Positions 1-16,510 of a stretch of 64,000 bases of DNA are shown in pieces. Each line of letters starts with the position of its first letter. Within the stretch, counting starts at the first letter, position 1. Source of the DNA: Lingula anatina. Taxonomy: Eukaryota > Animalia > Brachiopoda. The stretch covers positions 48,428,401 to 48,492,400 of the forward strand of contig CM120641.1 in assembly GCA_051362555.1 (NCBI GenBank), in the 5' to 3' direction. The translations under genes and the position numbers were made by a program. The notes under the pieces were generated by a model. That model searched no databases. It saw only the letters and a program-made list of their open reading frames with translations, and was not told where the DNA came from.

Positions 1-252
1 ATCCTGGACAGTCTCTCCAGCATGGCCTCCATGTCAACCACGCCGACAATGACTACGGTCACTGCATCAGGACAGGTGCCGGGGCTGACCTCTGATGATG
101 TTACCATAGTAACACACAGCGAGGAGCTGCCTGATGATGTGCTGGAGGGACTTGTGGCGACATCTGGTGGCGAGGTGACTCAGGTTGTGCAAGGACTTGA
201 GACGCATCCCGTGAATATTGAAGATGCAGTGGTTGGCCTTGTGGATTCCTGA
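1..252 (+). CDS. 3' end (last coding exon, partial) of an unidentified protein with an acidic/Thr/Val-rich low-complexity tail
   Basis: Frame is open from the window start (ILDSLSSMASMSTTP...EDAVVGLVDS*). It is GC-richer than the long AT-rich 3'UTR-like sequence that follows. No recognisable domain. Confidence 0.6.
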   Translation: MLDSLSSMASMSTTPTMTTVTASGQVPGLTSDDVTIVTHSEELPDDVLEGLVATSGGEVTQVVQGLETHPVNIEDAVVGLVDS

Positions 253-1974
253 GATTCTCTGAACTATGGAGATAAAGTGGTTGGCCTTGTAGATTCCTGA
301 GATTCTCTGTGAACATTGAAGATACTGTGGTTTGGTCTTTTGGATTCCTCCGATTTTCTTCACTTCATTATGCTGTCCATTCATAGGCAGCTATGAAACT
401 TTTGAACAAATATTATAGTACTGAGGTATGGACAGGAGTTTTACTTTGATATTGAACGTCATTCACTGTTATTTCTGATAGCATTAGTAATGAACTAATT
501 ACAGTGGTGCTTTCCAAATGTTACTGTTACAGTTGGAAATTAAATGTACAGTATTAACATTTTTTAAATTAAAATTTTCCAGTAACAAGTATGAAAACAG
601 CACGTTGCTGTGAATTTTATGTATATTTGCCATGTAAATACCTATCACCATTTCTTACTAGGCATTGAATAGTATGTTAAACTTATAGCATTGGAGATAA
701 AATGACTTTTTCATCAGGCTGTAAATAAAGGTCTCTTTAAAAACTGAAGTTCTTTTTTATTGCAAGGAGCAGCTACATTGGATAGTTAGAGAGGGTAACA
801 CCTTTTTGGGAATGGTATCGACTTAAATCGAGCAAAATTTAAGTATTTTGAAGGATTCACTAATGATATCATGTCTTTCATACTAACATGAAAAGATCAT
901 TTCGTGCCTTCAAGTATGGTTGCTAAAAACTTCTGTCAAACTTAGTCACCTGGAGTAAATCAAGTGGCGTACAAACAAGAAAGCCAATGATACCCGTTTT
1001 TTTATTACAAAAGAAATGTTACTGTAGTATAACTTGGTAAACAATTGTTGGCTTTACAGTCACCACAAGTATTTCAGTTTACGATATGACTGCACTTTCC
1101 TCTAACTTGTCAAATATTTATTCAGTCGTATAGTCTATTTCTGTACAAGAGTTAAAGACAGTATTGCCTGTTGCTCTCTACAAATGATTTTTAAATAAAA
1201 ATGGTAAAAGGGACTACAGTAAGAAATATTGTACCCAGAAATTTTTTGGTTCGAATTAAACGTCCCAATTTGCAGCATACTGTGGAAGTTTATGTATAAA
1301 AAGTTACTAAATAGCATTTTGAAGTTTTATCCTTCAAAAGCAGCATAGAGCCCATTCCATAAAAGCACTTCTGTCAAACGGGTCAAATTTTAAGAGCAAC
1401 TCACTTAGCCCCATAATAAATCTAGTCACTGAATAAAAATACTTTGCCCGTTTCACAAGTACGAAATGGCTCATGTATAAGACTGTATACACTAGGTCTC
1501 CATTTGCAGTTAAAGATAAATCAAAATGGACTCAAGATTCCAGCTTTTAGTCTTGATCTACCATCCACTTATGTTCTTTTGTAGGAAAGGACCCCAGGAG
1601 TAATTGTAACACTGATTTTCATTTTTAACTACCCACAGTTGCCACTGGAGATGTGAAAACACTTGATCCCTCTGCTACAACCTCCAATTTACAAAGGCCC
1701 ATCTGTCATAGAAAAGCCTATTAAGTTCACTATTTCTAGAGATTTAGGCACCTATTTCATGCAGCAAACTGGGTTACATTTGTCACCCATCAACATTGCA
1801 CAAAACTTCTATACTTTAGCATGTCATGCCTTGATACTGTTTGATGTTCCCAATAATACACAACTGCAAGGTACAGCCAGACAAGAAGAAAATGCTGCTA
1901 AATATTTTTCAATTTATACTTGTAAAATTCACTTCAATAGTCTTCAAATGTCTTCGTACAGAGTACATAGTCTC

Positions 1975-4384
1975 CTACGTAAGGGAGGGGTCCCTAAATT
2001 TGGCTGCTTGTTCTTTCACTCGCTTTTCATATTCATTTCTGTTTTGGCTGAAAAAGAAAGAATTTGAACTATGCAAACACAGGAAAAACTCAGCCACATT
2101 CAATCAAAACTAGTATTTACTTACCACAAAAATTAACACATTACTAATAGTGAAACTTCATAGATCTGCACTTTCAAACATAAAACATTCTATGGAATTC
2201 AAAAATATAAAAAATTACTTAATATAACAAAACTTAATTTGCACTGTTTCAAACACTAAACATTTAGTATTTGTTGGAATTCGAAAACATTCAACACTAC
2301 TATTTACATACGAAGATAGCTAATACCAATTCTTTATCTGCACTGTTTTAAAAATAAAACATTTTACATTTGAAGGGATTGAAAACGACAATTTTCATTG
2401 TAAAACTTCCACTGAATTACCACTGCCACATTAATGGGGACTGATTTAGCATTCGATGAAATTAAATAGGACAATCAATCTTTAAGGATAAATTTCCACA
2501 TTAACTCTGTCCCATTACTTACCAATAAATGGTATAAGCCTCCGCCTGGGCTGGGTCCTTTATGTTTGGTTCATTTAACAGCTCTTGGATGCCAAGCAAT
2601 ATCTAGAATTTTAGTTATTTTGATTTAATTCAGTGAAATTAAATGTAAGGTATTTATGCTGGTCTTGAAACATGCCCAAAGATGAAAATACTGAAGACAG
2701 TACAGGAAGTGCCATGATAAACCCAACAAAGTTTACCTTTATCTTAAGGGTAACTAAGGCAATAAAGTTTCTAATAAATCAATGACACACACATACATCA
2801 CTCAACTGAAGTTTCTTTTCTTTTCTTAAAAAGAAGATGCTAATATTCCACGTCACTACAGTTAAACTCCCTTTTCCTTTCAAGTACAGATGCTCAGAAG
2901 TTGGGTAGCTTACTTGTTTTATTGTCACTGCTGGTCTCCAATCTTTTTCTTCGTCCAGTAAAGACAAACACACTGTACCAGAGGGGTAGACATTGGGATG
3001 AAACAGTGGAGGCTCAAATTTACCTGGAAGAAAACAAGGCAGTAATTCTGTTAAATGTACAGATAAAAAGCAGAAATCCAGTACAACAAACACACAGTAC
3101 CAGAACAGTAGACATTGGAGTGAAACAATTGGGGATCAAACTTACTTGAAAGAATAAAAGATACATACATTTACTTTTATCAAACAAAAGTCATTAAACA
3201 CAGTTAGTGTTTTCTTACATTACAGCAATGACCTGTTTTGCAGTCAGCTAGTGATTTCTAAACTGACCTCCAATAAGAACTGCAGATTAATATGATTAAA
3301 GAGGATGTAGTCAGAACAATCTGTCAATCCATAAGAGACTCGTACTCACATTTAGGTGGTGAAGATGGATAGTCATCTTTAAATAGCATCCTTAACTTGT
3401 ACAACCCATTCTCCCATATTGTCTGAAATTGCAAAATTGGAAGAGTCAACAATGAAAACTAACTGGTAGAAGTCAGTCATAAACCCATGTAATTAATTAA
3501 TTTTTAAAATTATTCTTTCAGTGTTTATCATTATAAAACTTTTTTCTTTTCTTTTCTCCATAATGAATAGATGTTTATTAGTTAATTGGTTACATTTTTA
3601 AGTTATCTTAAGATGAGTACATAATGCTTAAAGCAATTTGCCATCTTCATGTGTGTATAGAAAGAAAGAGTGACACAAACAACCAATGGTAATCTAAGTG
3701 TAGATAAAGTTTATCAGTATCTCTTTGCTCAAAAGCCTTGACAATACATAATTTTTTTATGACAGAAGTAAAAAAGATGTCCTTCTGATCTAACCATGCA
3801 GGAAAATTGCATGTCCTCTGTTTGTTGGCATAATGCATCCATTGCTAATCCCTCCCCCCCCCCCCCTCCGATGCCTACCCTCTTTTCCCCCAGGTACTTA
3901 CCCCCTTCTTCCCAGGTATTGCACACTCCCAATTCATTAAGTTTAAAGAACCATCAGGATTCTTGACAGGTTTGGCTACAAAACCCTAAAACAACAAAAT
4001 ATTATATCTTAGTAAAGTACTCCAAAAAACAAATGAGCAAGAAAATGTTCTACATATAAAGGATATTTAAATCATATCTATGTTTCAAAATTATTTAAAT
4101 TGAATCATTACTTGCATCATTGCTCTCACCAATGAGAAAACAGAAACAGAAACTACCGGGAACAAAAATTAGGCTTCAGTTTTAAAATTATACATAATCA
4201 GTGCTATCACGTTTATTTTTTCACACATATTCCACACTTCTGAGAGAAATGTATTAAACACAATATATTTGAGTATATCTGATAACTATGCCTAATCAAA
4301 ATAAGAGACAATCCTTACAAATGGGTGATCTTTCCTCCATGCCTTTCTCTCCTCTGCCAGACGTCCAAAAGCAATCCCTGACAT
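1975..4384 (-). CDS. UBE2I: SUMO-conjugating enzyme UBC9 (161 aa, 6 coding exons)
   Basis: Exons 4384-4319, 3985-3902, 3422-3350, 3023-2914, 2602-2523, 2047-1975, all GT-AG, total 486 nt. Translation [50 protein letters not shown]...[23 protein letters not shown]...[23 protein letters not shown] is recognisably UBC9 with the catalytic Cys. A probable non-coding first exon ends at a GTAAGT donor near 5209. Confidence 0.97.
3075..3160 (-). pseudogene. Degenerate tandem copy (pseudo-exon) of the UBC9 catalytic-cysteine exon
   Basis: Minus strand reads tttcaa|GT AAG TTT GAT CCC CAA TTG TTT CAC TCC AAT GTC TAC TGT TCT GGT ACT GTG TGT TTG ([19 protein letters not shown]), versus the real exon [19 protein letters not shown]. 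The acceptor CAG has become CAA and the frame breaks downstream. Confidence 0.85.
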
Positions 4385-5199
4385 GGTATGTGAAAACTTT
4401 AAATGGCTGTTGCTCTGTGGATATAAAAGCACAAAAATGAACTAAGTACTAGTAATGGAACCATCTCTCTCACTGTCTCAGACAGGTCTCATATCTAATT
4501 AACTGTCATGCACCTGGTCCTAGTCTTACAACTTTAGCACACCTATTTCACACTTCACTATACCACCACATGTTCAAAAGCCTGGGTCCTGTAATGTATA
4601 TATAATTGTTCATCATACAACCACTGATATCACATGCTCAATATGTAAAATATCAAATAGGTGGGCTGCTATCAGAATAAAATACATAAATAGACCCCCA
4701 CCCCTTCTCTGGCAAATCCCTGGATCCACAAGTCAAGATTAACCAAGACGCATGTATTACTAAGAAAGACATTCACTTTACTTTAGGCTGTGAGGCTCAT
4801 TTCCTTTATCGTTCCATTTTAAGAACAGGACGAGTGGGGCAAATAAGAGGATATAACAAAAACAAATGTATGCCAATTTTATCAGTTAAGTAAAAGAAAG
4901 TTACACTCTTTTAAACAAGAACCCATTTCCAAATACCGACAGCTTTAACGGTAGCTGATCATATACTAAATGAAAAAGAATTTTGTTCCTAAAGCCATCT
5001 TCAAATACTACATCTAGGAAATAAGCCGGCGAGATCAGTTCAGTCAAACACATTTTACCGCGAAAATTAGAAACATGATTTAAAAACGAGGAAATTAATC
5101 AGACCCTTTTCCGAAAGAAAAGCACTTAACATTGAATATTCCACTTGAGTTGAACAGTTTTTCCAGCTAGACTGGCCACACATTATTCATTTCCATGCT

Positions 5200-5450
5200 T
5201 TGTACTTACAGTCGAAAATGCGTGAATGAATAAAATGGCGAACACCGGATGTGCGAAGGTGATCCTAACCGAAACACGGAAAATATAAATGAACCCTTTC
5301 CATTCTTACATAAAACAATTCCCCTTAAACTTATAAAAAGGTGAAATTTTAAGTTAAGAACAACGCTTTTCATTTCAATTTATTTTTCTTAGTTTCAATA
5401 TTTTCCTATCACTGAATTCACAAACTAGTAAGTTTTAGATGCAATCCAAC
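5200..5450. promoter_or_regulatory. Bidirectional promoter between UBC9 and RINT1
   Basis: Head-to-head 5' ends ~250 bp apart and local CpG enrichment. YY1-type AAAATGGCG (~5232) and ETS-type CCGGATGT (~5245) motifs. Confidence 0.6.
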
Positions 5451-11871
<6,421 letters not shown>

Positions 11872-12533
11872 GGAAAATATTTATTTTATATTTTAAATAA
11901 ATTGTGTCCTCGCATAACATCACTGATTGCGTAATTTCATAGATTTCTCAGCTCCCATTTGCTGACTGTGACAGCATGTTGTTCATCTCATAGCTGAAAA
12001 AGGACAAGAGAGAAGGAGCATGCTTGACATGTAAAACAATATTAAATCCTGTAAATATAGGGACCTAGCCCACCAATGAGCAGTATAAATTATAAGTTAC
12101 CGTTATAGAATAAAACGGTTTCATGTCTGTATTTATCCCACCTTGTTGTGGTGGAATGATGTACGTATCCTCTCCTGCCGTCATCTTGTCATGATTTGTA
12201 ACCAAAAACGAAATTGACTGTTATAAGATTCAAGTGGAGGGCTTTCATGTTGGCAGTTAAAACCATTTATAACTTTTGTCACAAAAATTATATGACTAAT
12301 TATAGTAATATTATATAAACATTATATTTATTGAAGTAACTGTGTTACAGATTAGCAAATAAATTGACAAATGTGCATTTTGTTGAATATAAAAAAAGGA
12401 GTGTGTTAGAATTGCAGTGCAGCAATATTTTTCATTTTCATTTTTTAATATTCCAATTTGGCAATTAACACTGCTAAAAGCAATGTTTAAAAGAACCGTT
12501 GTTAATTGAGAATGAAGTCACTAAAGATGAAAT

Positions 12534-14713
12534 TTAAGAAAATAGCCGTCTCTTCAACTTCTTGTTAATAGTGAGACTTTGTATTGTTTGATAACTGTTG
12601 GATGTGACCAGTTCTTTTCTAATAAGGAAGTCGTCCAAAGCCTTAATCAGGCGTTCTTTAAAGTCGATTGGGGTACGCTGCACGAAGAGACTGGAAACTT
12701 CCGATAAAGAATCATCGGACGTAATAGACAGCGTGTCTTTTCGTGAAGCATTTGAACCACGTTCTGCTTGTAGAGAAAAGCTGTCATTGTTTCCACGCTG
12801 AGCGATAGCAGGGCTGTGAGAGGCAGGGAGGAAGGCAGCGTTTCCGTTCAGGTGTGATGTCCAGTCATGATGGACGCCAGTCCCCGTCGCTTGACCCTCC
12901 TCTCCTTCATTCCAGGAGAGTGGGCTCGGGGTGTCACCAATGGAGGAAGGTTCTCTGCTCGTGAACTCGAAACATGGAACTTCCAGTAGAACGGTTTCTT
13001 TGGAGGGAGGCTTGCTCGGTTCCTCCTTGGTGATTTGTCTACCAAAGCCGAAATCCGCCTTGTTCCACGTGCCTGCAGCAGCAGCAGCGCTCAGTGTGGT
13101 GAAATCACTACCCTTCTCCCTGTCACGAGGAGCAGTTGAAGCGCTATTACGTCCCCTACTTGGGTAAATGCTTGACAATCGATTTGTTTCAACCCCTCGG
13201 GAAGATTGGCTGTATGAGGTTCCTAGGTTGCTCTCTAAGCTTGAAGAAAAGTATTTCTTTCCTTCCTCTGCTTGCAGCCGGTCAGCTGTGACCACGGCCC
13301 ATTGCTGTGTTGAGGAGCGGCGGTGTTGTGTATTGCCGTAGTAAACGAAAGTGATCTTGCATTTCTCTGTCACGTCTTCCAATTCCTAGAATTAGAAAGA
13401 AAGAATTGAAAATATGATGTATTTTGGGCGTCAAAAAAAGAAGAAATTAATGGATAATAAAAATAAAAAGGGGAAGAAAGATAAGAAAGAAAGACTCATT
13501 ACACATAACCCCGAAATGAATTGTGTTGAAAGGAAAACTAAATGAAAAATGTACTTTATAATATATAGTTTCCTTTCTTTCATCTTTTATGATAGTCGAG
13601 GGCATAATTCCTTTTATATTCCATGCCGAAAACTTAATATGTAACTTACATTTTGCAAGCCACCCAAGACCATCTTTTTCTTATTAGAGAGAAAATACAA
13701 ACAAAATAATCCATTTTCTTTTCGTCGCCTTGAATGCATTACTTAGCAAACTGTTTTAGTAGTATTTTGGTGTGATAATATCAGTGTCAATGTCTTAGTT
13801 TTAGCTATAGATCTGTAAAGGAGAATTATTTTAATCTGCTCTCTAATATTTTTTTCAGAAAAGCTTTCGTAAATTAAACAATTAAACAAAAAGACTGGTA
13901 TGGGCAAACAAACTAGTACGTATGTTCGATTTTTATACTAACATTGAATGAAGAAGATGTTTTGAGACAACTTTTCGGTAGTTGTCGGTATATTTCATCG
14001 AAGGTGGAAGTTTCATATCTCCGGACGAGTCCCTCGGTCTCCAGTGTATACAGATGCTGCAATAGTCTGCGTAACAAGATTCCGTCACCAATTCGTATAG
14101 AATTTTCATCATCTTCCATGAAGGCATACACAAAGTCCCAAAAGTATTCTGAAATGGTAATCCGAGCATAAAAATTGACATAGATGCCAATCTTCTGTTG
14201 ACGAGACAAAAACGTCCCGTCATTTTGAAAATGGTCCGTCTGAAAATATGACAGAATATTAATAACACGGACTTGTCTCTTTTACAAAGTAGTTTCAGTA
14301 AGGTTTGATGCATAAAACGCCCATTATTCGTTTTATCGACCTAATCGTTATCATGAAAGAGAAAGAGAGAGAGAGAAAATGAGAGAGAGAGGGTGGGGTT
14401 AGAAGAGAGAACTTATTTAGGTACCTTCCCGTGACATTAAGGGTAACATTAAGGGTACCAGATTTGACGGCACCTCGTCACTATCGCTTTCCACCCAGAC
14501 GTCGGACTCCTCGGTGGGGTCTGCTGTATAGCCCTCTATGGCCAGTAGTTCTAGCCCCTCCTCCAGGTCAGTTGGCCGGTGGACGTGGAAAGGCATGTGA
14601 AAACGCACAAGCTTTCGTCGGTTCTGTACGTAAGCACGGGTTTTCAGAAAAAGCATGCGGCGAATTTCTGAATCCATGCCTGCGAGTTTTGGTAGTATTG
14701 CAGTTGGAATCAT
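12534..14713 (-). CDS. Uncharacterised protein (~462 aa, 3 predicted exons) with a globular N-terminal half, Ser/Thr-rich disordered region and basic C-terminus
   Basis: Three ORFs join in phase 0: 14713-14474 (GCCATG start; donor GTGCCG is weak), 14239-13943 (ttttcag acceptor, GTTAGT donor) and 13385-12534 (ttctag acceptor, 284 codons). Composition is coding-like. No family recognised. Confidence 0.7.
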
Positions 14714-15008
14714 GGCGACAACGCGACGTCATGATGATGTCACAGACGTAAATAATTGAAATTGTTAATGACGTCATAAATACTGCATTTACGTGTGACA
14801 AGTGGTGATCGAGATTCTTCTTTAAAAACTCTTCTTGATATCGAGTCTAAATAAGTTAATAATCTCGTCTACTCTGTCCTCAAATCACAAACAGACCATT
14901 AAATTTTCAAATTAAAATGTCGGGTTTCAAGGGAAAGTCCCGACAGCGCACCCGTTCTGTGACGTAATAAACGTGCCGTTGTTATTGGTTGCAGAATGAA
15001 TCCCGAAC
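14714..15008. promoter_or_regulatory. Shared divergent promoter with kappaB, CRE/ATF and CCAAT motifs
   Basis: ATGACGTCAT palindrome 14768-14777; CGACGTCA 14724-14731; TGATGTCA 14735-14742; TGACGTAA 14960-14967; GGGAAAGTCCC 14931-14941 (reverse complement contains GGGACTTTCC); ATTGG ~14984. Confidence 0.6.
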
Positions 15009-15877
15009 ATGGAAACAATAGTGGTAAATCGGCGGTCGGACTTTCTGATATTTATTTCCGTGTTGTGTGCTGTTATCGGTTGTATTAGTTTGGCATCGTT
15101 GCTTTTTGTCGAACATGTTAATACAATTGAAACCGGGGAGAAAGAATATATTACAGGTTAGTTGTACACAAAGTTACATTCAATTGAAAATCTCTTATTA
15201 AGACAAATTTTGGTTTATAAGTTTAAATTGTAATGTCATTTTAATTTTACAGAAGTAAACAAAAGTTTTAAAACTTCAGTACTATGATCAATTTACATCA
15301 GGAGAAACCGAAGGTTTCGTTTCCATTTAGGTATCAGTGCATAAGAGCACATAGTTTTTATTTTAGGAATTTCTCGATAAGTTATCTAAAAATAAAATAT
15401 TTAAAAAACAAGAATTCCTCTCCAGCAAAACTGAATGAAAGCATCGTCTCGATCAACTGGACGCTGTCATCTTCCAGTCTCACCGACGACACCGAGAAAT
15501 CCAAAGTCTTCAGTAACACCAGTGCCACTCAGCCAGGGCGCTGCAGCGGCTGTCCCGAGGACACGATGTATTCCCTTCAACTTGTCCTAACAACGTCTCT
15601 TGTCACTTTTATCTTGACCCTTCTCGCGGTCTTCTCCACCCTCTTGTGCATCATGTACAACAGTGACTGTTTGTGGCACAAGTACAGAGACCAGGAGGCC
15701 GACTTCAACCCTGGGAATTGGTGGGGCAGCGATAGCAGACGACACAGGTCACGTGGACAAAATGGAACCCCGCCTGACTTTCGACTAAAACAACAGGATG
15801 AGCATTCCGTCAACCAACTGCCATTCGACTCCGATTCACCTTCATCCGATACCTCCGTCGGAAGAGCATTTTATTAA
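15009..15877 (+). CDS. Uncharacterised small membrane glycoprotein (~199 aa, 2 exons, two hydrophobic segments)
   Basis: Exon 15009-15156 (METIVVNRRSDFLIFISVLCAVIGCISLASLLFVEH...; GTTAGT donor, phase 1) joins exon 15426-15877 (ctccag acceptor) in frame, total 600 nt. Second hydrophobic stretch LVLTTSLVTFILTLLAVFSTLLCIMY. Sequons NES, NWT and NTS lie between the two. Confidence 0.75.
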
Positions 15878-16510
15878 TAAATACTTTAAAATTAAATGAA
15901 TCTCGTTTCTTGAATTTGATGGGGGGAAGGGAGGGTTCATCCAGGCATAAACTAAGTTTTTATGACATGCACAAGCGTCAAATACAGCACTTACTTCCAC
16001 CAAACTGCAAAAAATATCAACAAAATAATAATAATAATAATAAGAGAAACAAGTTATGTTATATAAAAGTCTTGTTCTATTTCATACGTTTTCCTAACAA
16101 TCTCCTGTTGTGATCATCTTTGTAAAAAAAAACCAATATTTACATTAAAACTGCAGTCCAGGTTTCATTTTAAAAATAATATTCATTCATGAAAGCCTAC
16201 ATGCCAGGTAAGGGATACAATTGTGATTCTGTCTGAGAATTCTAGATCCTGGCTTCATTAACGATTAACGTCATCACACACAGTTTGGTCACTTAAATTA
16301 AGGAAGGACAGTCTCAATGCTGTATTTGGACATAAAAATAGAATCCTTCACAGGCAACTTGATCAAGTGTTTCTATAAAAATGTTGCCTCTAGTTGGTCA
16401 CAGTTTATGACAGTCTGGAGTTCAGAGTGAGTTTGCCAGTGAAAGAGGAAACTATCTCGTCTGCAGCTGCTACTGGAATATGTCAAATGTCCCTAGGAAT
16501 ACTCTCACAG

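Noticed and set aside
1663-2113. Plus-strand ORFs of 134 and 90 aa
   Set aside because: Antisense to the UBC9 last exon and 3'UTR, non-ATG starts, no recognisable protein features.
2160-2400. Three degenerate ~90-bp repeats in the last UBC9 intron, considered as intronic snoRNAs
   Set aside because: No C/D or H/ACA box arrangement on the transcribed strand; looks like a decayed tandem duplication.
12598-13167. Short plus-strand ORFs within the orphan last exon
   Set aside because: Antisense shadows of a coding region.
13933-14313. 126-aa minus ORF overlapping the orphan exon 2
   Set aside because: The other frame fits both flanking splice sites in phase 0; this frame does not join the 284-codon last exon.
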